Source: Candidatus Hydrogenedens sp.
GTDB taxonomy: Bacteria > Hydrogenedentota > Hydrogenedentia > Hydrogenedentales > Hydrogenedentaceae
NCBI GenBank assembly: GCA_049968235.1
Contig: JBMFRC010000004.1
Coordinates: 1-64,000, forward strand
Direction of reading: 5' to 3'
Length of the DNA stretch: 64,000 nt
This document shows, in pieces, positions 29,659-38,539 of the stretch; position 1 is the stretch's first letter; every line of letters begins with the position of its first letter. A program made the translations under genes and the position numbers. A model generated the notes under the pieces. It was not told where the DNA came from, searched no databases, and worked only from the letters and a program-made list of their open reading frames with translations.

Positions 29659-31893
29659 TTATATATTTTCAATAATTTTTTTCTCATCTACATATTTTGT
29701 ATATAAATAGGGACGGGTAGTGAGGTACTTTTGTATTTCTTTTTCACTATTTGAATTATATTTAAATTTGTTCTTTTCTATCATAGTTCTTAAATGAGAA
29801 ATACCTGAAAGTTTGTCAAAATGATTATTGAATTCAAAATGTTCCGGATGGTGAAGTTGAATTAAACGAATCAATTCTAAAGTTAACATAAAGGGTCTCG
29901 CTTGATTAAAATCTTTTACCTTCAGGGATAAACCGTTACAGAATTCATTTACATATTTGGGATTTGTTGCCTTACCGGGCATAGGTATGGGTTTAAAGGA
30001 ACATGCCTCTATATCAAAACCTCCCGTATAATCTTTCGAAAGCGATGATAATATTAACTCGGGATTTAACCACGGGGCACCAATTGTTTGAAATGGATAT
30101 TCCGTTCCTCGCCCTTCGCTAACATTCGTCCCCTCGAATAAACATGTCCCAACATAGCACAATGCCGATTCAAATGAAGGGATATTGGGAGAAGGGGGAA
30201 ACCATTGTAAATCCAGATGGGGATATTGCAAATCGTAAAACCAGCCATCCATCTTAATTACAGATAATTCTAATGATTTTAACTCTGCATTGGTCTTTTT
30301 AATATATAATGCGGATTCACCTATAGTAAGTCCATGTCGACTGGGAACATTTCCCCAGCACACTTCTCCCCAGTATCCTTTATCGGGCAAAAAACCTTCT
30401 ATGACTTCACCCCCTAATGGATTGGGTCGGTCTAATATTACTATTTTTTTTTGATATTTATTGCAGACTTTCATTAATTGTGATACTGAATAGATATAGG
30501 TATAGTATCTACTCCCAATATCCTGTATATCTATTACTACCCAATCTATATGTTTCAGTATTCTTCGCCAATCTATATTTTTTTGTTCGGCATATATAGC
30601 TATAATTTGTTTATTCTCCCATCGTCTCTGTTCATCTGATTTACCTGCTTCTTCAGTTAACAGCAATCCATGTTCAGCAGAAATAATGTACTGTAATTTT
30701 ATATTTTCTTCTTTTGAAAATATATCTAATGTAGTTTCCCCTACAATGTTTTTTGCCGATGTGTTGGTAAACAATGCAACATTTGAATTCTTTATCGGTT
30801 TAAAATCATCCCGAAGTAAGACATCAATTCCACAATGGACATTTATCTTCTCAGGGTCGATTAGTAATGCTACTGAATTATAAAAAGTCTTTCTCAGTTT
30901 TCGATTGTCTCGTGTCTTTCGGCTGGGATGACATGAATTACTTAGCAAAATGGCATAATATCCTGATTTTCTATCCCACCACATACAAGTTCCTGTAAAA
31001 CCTGTATGTCCCAAAGCAGAACGAAATGGCAATTGTCCTTCAATGCTTTCCCAAAATGGGTCTGTTTTCCAGCCTAATACTTGCCATGGATAATCAGGAA
31101 TTATTCGGCTTGTAGCCATTTCTTCAATCACATCTTTTTCGAGAATATGCCCATTCATTATCCCTCTACAAAATCGAGATAAATCTTCTGCGGTTGAGAA
31201 TAACCCAGCATGTCCTGCCACTCCACCTATAGCATATGCATGTTCATCATGAACTTCACCACGAATAATTTTATTTCGCCATGGACATTTTTCTGTAGGA
31301 GCGCATCTATTTTTATACTCTTCAGGAACATTAAAAAAAGTTGTATTCATATTTAATTTAGAAAAAATGTTCTTCTTACAAAATTGGTCGAAAGTCTCTC
31401 CATCGACCAACTCCACAATATGAGCAAGAAGCATAAATCCAAAATCAGAATACAGATGTTTTTTTCCGGGCTCAAACAACAATTGTGTTTTAGAAAGTTT
31501 GATTAATATATCTTCAAACGAAAAAATTTCTTTATACCATTCTTCATATCCAACCAAACCAGAACTATGAGTTAGTAAATGCCTTATTGAAAATTTATTA
31601 AAATTAGGAATAGAAATATATTTAGAAACAGGGTCATCCAAATGTATTTTTCCTTGTTGATAAAGAAGTAAAATCGAAGTTGTAGTGGCTATCACTTTTG
31701 TTAAAGAAGCAAGGTCAAAAATAGTATCTTTTTTCATTTCTTCTTCAGAAGGCAATATTGCACATTTTCCAACAGAATCAAAAAACAATACCTCATTATT
31801 TTTCCCTATGTAAGCGACAGACCCGGGAGCAGATTTTTTTATAGCGTTGTTCAAGCATTTTAATATTATTTCCCTCTCACGCTTACTAAACAT
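29659..31893 (-). CDS. Fusion protein. An AmiE-like beta-lactamase-family serine hydrolase (N-terminal) is joined to DUF1343 / NamZ-like exo-beta-N-acetylmuramidase (C-terminal).
   Basis: 744 aa. The SxxK motif reads SLTKVIATT. YSD and HTGFTG motifs are present in the N-terminal 330 aa. The C-terminal 380 aa are DUF1343-like. Confidence 0.6.
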   Translation of the reverse strand: MFSKREREIILKCLNNAIKKSAPGSVAYIGKNNEVLFFDSVGKCAILPSEEEMKKDTIFDLASLTKVIATTTSILLLYQQGKIHLDDPVSKYISIPNFNKFSIRHLLTHSSGLVGYEEWYKEIFSFEDILIKLSKTQLLFEPGKKHLYSDFGFMLLAHIVELVDGETFDQFCKKNIFSKLNMNTTFFNVPEEYKNRCAPTEKCPWRNKIIRGEVHDEHAYAIGGVAGHAGLFSTAEDLSRFCRGIMNGHILEKDVIEEMATSRIIPDYPWQVLGWKTDPFWESIEGQLPFRSALGHTGFTGTCMWWDRKSGYYAILLSNSCHPSRKTRDNRKLRKTFYNSVALLIDPEKINVHCGIDVLLRDDFKPIKNSNVALFTNTSAKNIVGETTLDIFSKEENIKLQYIISAEHGLLLTEEAGKSDEQRRWENKQIIAIYAEQKNIDWRRILKHIDWVVIDIQDIGSRYYTYIYSVSQLMKVCNKYQKKIVILDRPNPLGGEVIEGFLPDKGYWGEVCWGNVPSRHGLTIGESALYIKKTNAELKSLELSVIKMDGWFYDLQYPHLDLQWFPPSPNIPSFESALCYVGTCLFEGTNVSEGRGTEYPFQTIGAPWLNPELILSSLSKDYTGGFDIEACSFKPIPMPGKATNPKYVNEFCNGLSLKVKDFNQARPFMLTLELIRLIQLHHPEHFEFNNHFDKLSGISHLRTMIEKNKFKYNSNSEKEIQKYLTTRPYLYTKYVDEKKIIENI

Positions 31894-31998
31894 ACCGTAT
31901 TACTCCATTTTTCTATAAAAATAATCTGGCCTGCAATTAACATAATTGCAGGCCAGGAGAGAACTACTTTGTGATGTTTTACACATCACTTTTGTTTA

Positions 31999-32067
31999 CT
32001 ACTTTTTCTTTGCCGGGGCTTTCTTTGCCGGGGCTTTCTTTGCAGCGGGTTTCTTTGCAGCGGCCAT
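31999..32067 (-). CDS. Candidate 22-aa lysine/alanine/proline-rich peptide resembling a histone H1 or HU tail. It is not in the ORF track.
   Basis: Minus-strand translation gives MAAAKKPAAKKAPAKKAPAKKK*. The Shine-Dalgarno is cAGGAGatacaacATG. An in-frame stop lies 6 codons upstream. The sequence is encoded by a 15-nt tandem DNA repeat. Confidence 0.4.
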   Translation of the reverse strand: MAAAKKPAAKKAPAKKAPAKKK

Positions 32068-32307
32068 GTTGTATCTCCTGTTGTTTTATTTTAAGAGGAA
32101 AGTTTTTACAATGACTACAGGTCATTGCATTTTCCTCTTGTTATCTATTCAATTGTAATTATTTTGATAATGAACAAAATTATATTTAAAACGCAAATTT
32201 TTTTTTACTTTTTTGGGGACATTATTTTCAACCTCAATTTATGCGGGTTTTATATATATTATTTTTTAACACTTTTTATAAAAATAAAATTATTTTTGAA
32301 AATATTT

Positions 32308-32841
32308 TTATAAAACTTCAACTTTTATATTTTCATTTGTATATATACACACTTGAGAGGCGAGTTTTAGAGATTCTAAAGCAATCTCTTCTGCGGACAA
32401 ATTTGTATATTTCATTAGAGCCCTTCCCGCAGTTAAAGCAAATCCTGAGCCTGAACCAATAGCAAGAATATCATCATCGGGTTCTATAATTTCTCCTGTT
32501 CCGGACACCAATAATATTTCTTCTTTATTGCACACGATTAACATCGCATTGAGTTGTCTCAAATATTTATCGGTTCTCCACAGTTTCCCTAACTCTACAG
32601 CAGAACGGGTTAGATTTCCACGAAACTCTTCTAATTTCCCCTCAAATCGTTCAAACAAAGCAAAGGCATCAGAAACAGAGCCTGCGAATCCAGCAAGAAT
32701 TTTCCCTCCATATAATCTTCTTATTTTAACAGCAGTTCCTTTAACAATCGTATCACCTAAAGTAACCTGTCCATCTCCAGCCATAGCCACTGTTCCATTA
32801 CGACGAACCGCTATAATTGTTGTACCTCGAAATTCACTCAT
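32308..32841 (-). CDS. hslV: ATP-dependent protease subunit HslV (proteasome-like peptidase).
   Basis: 177 aa. [38 protein letters not shown] carries the N-terminal Thr nucleophile context. GSGxxxA-like motifs are present. Confidence 0.85.
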   Translation of the reverse strand: MSEFRGTTIIAVRRNGTVAMAGDGQVTLGDTIVKGTAVKIRRLYGGKILAGFAGSVSDAFALFERFEGKLEEFRGNLTRSAVELGKLWRTDKYLRQLNAMLIVCNKEEILLVSGTGEIIEPDDDILAIGSGSGFALTAGRALMKYTNLSAEEIALESLKLASQVCIYTNENIKVEVL

Positions 32842-32856
32842 AAAGATATTCCTTAT

Positions 32857-34428
32857 TTATTGCATTTTTAATGAACGGCTTGTTCTTTGGGGTTTATAAT
32901 TTTTAGGGTCAATTCCAAGTTTTTGCACGCGTAAACCCATAATTCTTTCCGTAATGCCCAATTCCCTCGCCGCTTTGGCTTTGTTTCCTTTTGCATTTTT
33001 TAACGCTTCAATAATCATTTCTCGTTCAACGCGTTCCAATGTTTCTTCTAATTTCCCCTTCATTATTGTATTCGAAGCCTCAGCGGTTTGTAGAGTAGGA
33101 GGCAAATAATGTCCATGAATAACATCATCGGTAGTCAAAATAACAGCCCGCTCAATAATATTTTCTAACTCACGGACATTACCCGGCCAATGATAACTCA
33201 TAAGCATGTCAATTGCTGGAGTAGAAATCCGGCGAACATACTTATAATTTTCACGACTGTATTTTTCAACAAAGTAATTGGCTAATTCTAAAATATCTGT
33301 TTTTCTTTCTCTCAATGGAGGTAGAAAAATAGGGAATACATTTAATCGGTAATATAAATCTTCTCGAAACTTACCCTCCTGAACTAATTTTTCTAAATCA
33401 CGATTTGTTGCGGTAATAATACGAACATTCACTCGAATTGTCTCACTCCCCCCTACACGCTCAAAAGTTTTATCCTGTAATACACGAAGCAATTTTACCT
33501 GTGTGGAAAGAGACATATCTCCAATTTCATCTAAAAAAATAGTTCCCCCATGTGCCATTTCAAATCTTCCTTTTCTTTGCTGATATGCTCCTGTAAAGGC
33601 TCCTTTTTCATGTCCAAACAATTCACTTTCTACAACGGACTCTGGCAGAGCTGAACAGTTTACTTTAACAAAAGGTCCCGAGGCACGATAACTATTGAAA
33701 TGTATTGCATGAGCCACTAATTCCTTGCCTGTGCCACTCTCGCCACGAATCAGTACTGTTGCCTCTGTCATGCATACTTGCTGTATTAAATCGTAAACTT
33801 TTTGCATAGCCCCGGAACTACCAATCATATTGGAAGGATGAAATCTTTTTTTAAGTTCTTCTTGAAGTCGGGCATTCTCAAGAAGTAAAGCCTTCCTCTC
33901 CTGTTCATTTTTTAATCGTAAGCGAACTGCACGGGCAATCATGGAAGCAATAATTGTAAGAATGCGTAAGTCTTCATCTAATGAAATATCATCGGAATAA
34001 ATTCTATCGGCACTAAGTGTGCCTAAAACCAAATTCTCAATTTTTACCGGTACACAAATGTATGAAATTTCTTCCTTTTGCAAATTTTTTCTTGAACCTG
34101 TTTTGTTTAAGAACATAGGTTCTGCAGATATTTTAGGGATAACCATAGGTCTGCCCATTTGTGCAACTTTACCGATAATACCTTCCCCTACTTTATACAC
34201 CCCTCTTTTTAACTCCTCACCTGAAAGTCCATAAGCAGCCTCTATTCTTAATTCTCCTCTTTCTCTATCAAGTAAAGTTATAGTACCTCTTAACATTCCT
34301 GTATGATTTGATATAGCCCGCAATACAGGATATAGTTCCTCACGAAGGTCATAACTACGGTCTAATATTTCACTTATTTCGAGAAGAAGTGTTAATTCTT
34401 GAATAGCCCTATCTGTTTTTTCTTTCAT
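32857..34428 (-). CDS. Sigma-54-dependent transcriptional activator with GAF, AAA+ and HTH domains.
   Basis: 523 aa. An N-terminal GAF-like domain is followed by Walker A GESGTGKE and the GAFTGA sigma-54 contact loop. The Fis-type HTH reads AARELGITERIMGLRVQKLGI. Confidence 0.85.
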   Translation of the reverse strand: MKEKTDRAIQELTLLLEISEILDRSYDLREELYPVLRAISNHTGMLRGTITLLDRERGELRIEAAYGLSGEELKRGVYKVGEGIIGKVAQMGRPMVIPKISAEPMFLNKTGSRKNLQKEEISYICVPVKIENLVLGTLSADRIYSDDISLDEDLRILTIIASMIARAVRLRLKNEQERKALLLENARLQEELKKRFHPSNMIGSSGAMQKVYDLIQQVCMTEATVLIRGESGTGKELVAHAIHFNSYRASGPFVKVNCSALPESVVESELFGHEKGAFTGAYQQRKGRFEMAHGGTIFLDEIGDMSLSTQVKLLRVLQDKTFERVGGSETIRVNVRIITATNRDLEKLVQEGKFREDLYYRLNVFPIFLPPLRERKTDILELANYFVEKYSRENYKYVRRISTPAIDMLMSYHWPGNVRELENIIERAVILTTDDVIHGHYLPPTLQTAEASNTIMKGKLEETLERVEREMIIEALKNAKGNKAKAARELGITERIMGLRVQKLGIDPKNYKPQRTSRSLKMQ

Positions 34429-34686
34429 TTCTGTAATTTTAATACCTTATTTTTTCTGATAAATCATTTTCTTAAATCAAAAAAATACATACTTGTATAG
34501 CGGTAAATTATAACTTTAAAAGTTATACTTATTCAAAAGAATAGCCCATTTTTATGTTTATATCTTATTTAACTTCGTGTTTACTTATTTGAAATAAATG
34601 TATAAAAACATATATATATTTTATTTTTTTATTTTACAAAAAAATTGTAAAATATAAATAAAATTTTGAAATGAAAGGAGTAGTGT

Positions 34687-36429
34687 ATGGGCTATTTTTT
34701 ATTATTACTCACCGTTCCGTTTTTTTCATTTTCTACATTAAATAATGAGTTGAATTATTCTATACCTCCTAAAACAATTCTTTTTTCCGCCTCACCAGAA
34801 CAGATTATAAAAGATGCAGAATTATGGAAGGAGAATGGTGTAAATGCTTTCTTTCTTGACTTTATAGCCCGTGAGTGGAGCGATAATATCTGGGCGAATG
34901 ATAAAAAACCGTGGACTATTGGGAAGGATGATGACAATTTTAAGAAAGCGGCAGAAGCCAATAATATTTGTAAAAGAACAGGTTCAGAAACCTTTCTTAA
35001 AATTTCATTTGACCATTATTTAGATTGGTTTGATGATTTACAATGGGAAAATGTATTGCACAATTTCCGACAATTTGCTATATTTGCCAGAGAGACAGGT
35101 TGTACCGGTTTTGCTATTGATATTGAATACATTGGGGAACAATACCATTTAAATTGGGAAGGATATAAGTATGATACATACACCCGAAAGGACCTTATTA
35201 ATAAAGTAAAAGAAAGAAGTGCGGATTTAATTAACACGATATATAATGCATTTCCCAAAATGGTATTTTTGACTTTTCCGGAACAAGGTTTAAATCTCGG
35301 ATTAATTATCCATCTGACATGGATTGAAGAATTAGCAAAGAAAAATGCTCCGGGCGGACTTCATTATTGCATAGAACATACATATCGCATGAAAGACCCC
35401 GATGAAGTTCTCACATATATGGGGGGGATAGACCAAATCTTTCTTACCTATTTATCCCCTCGAGGTAAAAAATACTGGAAGGAAAAATGCTCTATCGCAC
35501 CGGGAATATGGCCCTTTGGTTATGATTATGATAAAGGTCATAAGGCGGGATTTACCACAGCAGAATTGAAACAATTATATGCTCTTCATATATCTGCATC
35601 GAAGAAATATCACTGGATTTACAGTCATAACTGTTATGAACAATTATTAGGTCGTCAGGCAGAATTGTTTGAAGATGAAGAACCTTTACAAAATTTTGTG
35701 GACATATTAAAACGGAAGGAATCTGTTTTAGATAGTTCTTTTAAGGAAAAAATTGATTTATTACAAAAAAGAGATTTCCAATTATTACAACAAAAAACAA
35801 ATTTTACTTACATTCCGTTTCCCGTAGGACCTGATGATAGTCCCCGTTTCCAGACCGCTCCGCTTCATAATTATGAATATGCCCATGATTATTTCTGGGA
35901 AATAGGAAAGAAATATCTGCAGGGAAAAGAAGTATCCTTCCGCAGTTTGTTTAATCCCATCACTCATTGGAAAATTGCAGGTCCTTTCCATGCGGAGAAT
36001 TTTAAGGAAACCCATGAAAAAGAATTCCCTCCCGAAACCGATATAAATACAGTGGATTGGAAATCTTTATCTATAGAGAACAATAAAATATCTATGGACC
36101 TTAATAAAATTTTTGGGAATCAGGAAGAAATCTGTGTTTACGCTTTGTGTACTATTGATGTTCTCCAACCCGTTTCCGCTCAAATACGATTTGGCTATAA
36201 TGACGCGATTAAGGTATGGTTGATAAATGGAAAGAAAAAAGACCTAATCTTTGAATATTTTGGCGAATCCTCTGTGGTACCGGATAAGACAGTAATTCCC
36301 GTATCCTTTGATAAAGGCACATATAATATCCTTATGAAAGTAACAAATAATAAACGATTTTGGGGGTATATACTACGAATAACTGACGCAAAAGGAAATG
36401 CATTACCTGCGAATATAATCAAATATTAA
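34687..36429 (+). CDS. Secreted TIM-barrel glycoside-hydrolase-like protein with a C-terminal beta-sandwich.
   Basis: 580 aa. The hydrophobic N-terminus is followed by an alternating beta/alpha pattern containing GFAIDIEYIG. No confident family assignment. Confidence 0.35.
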   Translation: MGYFLLLLTVPFFSFSTLNNELNYSIPPKTILFSASPEQIIKDAELWKENGVNAFFLDFIAREWSDNIWANDKKPWTIGKDDDNFKKAAEANNICKRTGSETFLKISFDHYLDWFDDLQWENVLHNFRQFAIFARETGCTGFAIDIEYIGEQYHLNWEGYKYDTYTRKDLINKVKERSADLINTIYNAFPKMVFLTFPEQGLNLGLIIHLTWIEELAKKNAPGGLHYCIEHTYRMKDPDEVLTYMGGIDQIFLTYLSPRGKKYWKEKCSIAPGIWPFGYDYDKGHKAGFTTAELKQLYALHISASKKYHWIYSHNCYEQLLGRQAELFEDEEPLQNFVDILKRKESVLDSSFKEKIDLLQKRDFQLLQQKTNFTYIPFPVGPDDSPRFQTAPLHNYEYAHDYFWEIGKKYLQGKEVSFRSLFNPITHWKIAGPFHAENFKETHEKEFPPETDINTVDWKSLSIENNKISMDLNKIFGNQEEICVYALCTIDVLQPVSAQIRFGYNDAIKVWLINGKKKDLIFEYFGESSVVPDKTVIPVSFDKGTYNILMKVTNNKRFWGYILRITDAKGNALPANIIKY

Positions 36430-36464
36430 TTTTGATTGAATTTAATAAATAAGGAAAACTGATT

Positions 36465-37937
36465 ATGCTGGATAAGATAAATTTGAATTCTCGTATGTCA
36501 AAAGAACAGTTTAAAGAGATAATGCATCAATGGGAATTATCTTTAGGCACATTTCAGAGGGAACTGCGACAAAAAGGTATTCCAACTATTATATTAATAG
36601 AAGGCTGGGATACATCCGGAAAAGGAACATTATTGAATCATCTATTATTAAATCTTGACCCCAGAGGATATTGGGTGCATAATATAACAAAGCCCACAAG
36701 AGAAGAACGATTGCATCCTTATCTCTGGCGTTTTTGGAACAAATTGCCGGGATATGGGGATATCGCCTTTTTCAATCATAGTTGGTACTGGCCTATTATT
36801 TTAGAAGCACAAAAAGAAGGTTGGAGCTCAAATAAAATTCGCTCGGAATTAGAAGAAATTTTAACCTTTGAACGACATCTCATAGAAGATGGCAATTTAC
36901 TCATTAAATTCTTTCTGCATATTTCTAAAAAAGAACAGAAAAAACGTTTTGAAAAACTTGAAAAGGACCCGGATTTTCAATGGAGAGCAAAAGGGAAAAA
37001 TAAAGAATTACTCAAAACCTATGAAGATTTATATAAAATTGCAAATATAGTATTAAATGAAACACATACAGACATAGCACCGTGGCACATTATTTCCGCT
37101 ATGGATGAAAGATATTGTATTGCAGAAGCAGGCAACATCCTTCTTTCAAATTGGGATAATACTATAAAGAATGGGTTAAATATTCCTACATACGCAATAG
37201 CACCGAGACAGACGAACCCATTAGAAAAAGTTGACTTATCGCAATCTGTTTCACGAGAACAATATGATGAAATTCTCCCCAAATTACAAAAAGAGTTACG
37301 AAGATTACAATCTATTTGTTTTAAAGAAAGAATACCTGTGGTAATCATGTTCGAGGGTTGGGATGCTGGAGGTAAAGGAGGAGCCATCAAAAGATTGGTA
37401 AATGAATTAGACCCGAGAGGTTATGAAGTAATCCCCATAGGAGCCCCTCAGGGTGAAGAGAAAAAACATCATCACTTATGGAGATTCTGGAGGGCATTGC
37501 CGAAAGCAGGACATTTTACAATTTATGACCGTTCTTGGTATGGAAGGGTATTGGTTGAACGAATAGAGGGTTTTGCTCAACCCAGGGATTGGATGCGTGG
37601 ATATAGTGAGATAAATGAATTTGAACTGCAATTAGCAAAATGGGGAGCAATTATTGTTAAATTCTGGTTACATATATCCCCGGAAGAACAATTAAAAAGG
37701 TTTGAAGAAAGGCAGTCTAATCCTTTCAAACAGTGGAAAATTACAGAAGAAGATTGGCGTAATAGGGCAAAATGGAAAGATTATGAAGAAGCAGTATCCG
37801 ATATGATAGACAGGACATCAACGGTATATGCACCATGGACCATTGTGGAGGGAAATAACAAACTCTTTGCAAGGATTAAAGTTTTATATACCGTTATTAA
37901 TTCTATAAAAAAATTTCTCAAAAATAAAAAATCTTAA
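36465..37937 (+). CDS. ppk2: Polyphosphate kinase 2, two-domain type (polyphosphate:nucleotide phosphotransferase).
   Basis: 490 aa. Two PPK2 modules each carry a Walker A: IILIEGWDTSGKGT and VVIMFEGWDAGGKGG. Lid motifs are present. Confidence 0.85.
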   Translation: MLDKINLNSRMSKEQFKEIMHQWELSLGTFQRELRQKGIPTIILIEGWDTSGKGTLLNHLLLNLDPRGYWVHNITKPTREERLHPYLWRFWNKLPGYGDIAFFNHSWYWPIILEAQKEGWSSNKIRSELEEILTFERHLIEDGNLLIKFFLHISKKEQKKRFEKLEKDPDFQWRAKGKNKELLKTYEDLYKIANIVLNETHTDIAPWHIISAMDERYCIAEAGNILLSNWDNTIKNGLNIPTYAIAPRQTNPLEKVDLSQSVSREQYDEILPKLQKELRRLQSICFKERIPVVIMFEGWDAGGKGGAIKRLVNELDPRGYEVIPIGAPQGEEKKHHHLWRFWRALPKAGHFTIYDRSWYGRVLVERIEGFAQPRDWMRGYSEINEFELQLAKWGAIIVKFWLHISPEEQLKRFEERQSNPFKQWKITEEDWRNRAKWKDYEEAVSDMIDRTSTVYAPWTIVEGNNKLFARIKVLYTVINSIKKFLKNKKS

Positions 37938-38230
37938 TTTGGTTTAACGCCATCTTTTATAGAAATTCTCTTCATTTTTTTTGCGTTTATTATATGTGCA
38001 TTAAACAAATACTTTATTTGTTATTTAAATAACAATTATTTTTGTGCTTATTTTTTATTTTTAAATAGAAAAATCAAATCACAATTATTCAATATTTTTA
38101 AAATATTTTTTTATTATCTATAAGTATTTATAATTCAGAAGTTTAAACAGGCATTAAATATATATAAACAAATTAATATATATAATTGATATTTGCATTT
38201 AATTTTTATATATGTTATACTATATATGTT

Positions 38231-38515
38231 GGTAGCAGATCTGTGAATGTGTTCCCTATGCTACTACTACTACACATCAAGGTCCAATTGAATCCAACAC
38301 ATAGCGAAGCACATAAAATAGCTGCCAGTGGTTGTCCTCCCATTACCACTGCAGTACATATCTCTCTCTCCGGAATAACTGATATCCCGGTTTACCCCGG
38401 CCGGGAATCCTCTCTTCCGCTTCTCCGCAGATCTGCTACCTCTTTTACTCTGACCCCCCTCAGAGTTAAAACTATAGAGGTGCCGGTTACCCCCTACCGG
38501 CACCTCATTTTTTTT
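38231..38515 (+). ncRNA. Candidate structured non-coding RNA of about 285 nt, class unknown, closed by a 13-bp long-range helix and ending in an intrinsic terminator.
   Basis: GGTAGCAGATCTG (38231-38243) pairs perfectly with CAGATCTGCTACC (38428-38440). There are several internal hairpins: UGAAUGUGU/ACACAUCA, CUGCCAGUGGU/ACCACUGCAG and CUCUGA-C6-UCAGAG. An AT-rich promoter-like region sits upstream. It ends in a GC-rich hairpin plus T8. No credible ORF. Confidence 0.4.
38477..38515. terminator. Rho-independent terminator, likely bidirectional.
   Basis: The stem is GAGGTGCCGG-(loop TTACCCCCTA)-CCGGCACCTC, followed by TTTTTTTT on the plus strand. It lies 30 nt downstream of the convergent minus-strand gene that ends at 38540. 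Confidence 0.7.
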
Positions 38516-38539
38516 AGAAATGGTATTAATCTCCTTTAC

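Noticed and set aside
31946-32158. The 70-aa plus-strand ORF MQARRELL...FFAGAFFAGAFF.
   Set aside because: It is the mirror translation of the tandem repeat that encodes the Lys-rich peptide on the opposite strand. It has no RBS and a nonsensical composition.
37081-37097. TGGCAC-containing sigma-54-like motifs inside ppk2, and another inside pilT near 27229.
   Set aside because: They lie inside coding sequence. The -12 element is imperfect, with TTCC or TTGA in place of TTGC. They are not positioned upstream of any gene start.
38231-38440. The 13-bp perfect inverted repeats read as terminal inverted repeats of a MITE.
   Set aside because: No target-site duplication flanks them: the left flank is tgtt and the right flank is tctt. 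The internal hairpins and the terminator fit an RNA gene better. The MITE reading is kept as the alternative in the finding.
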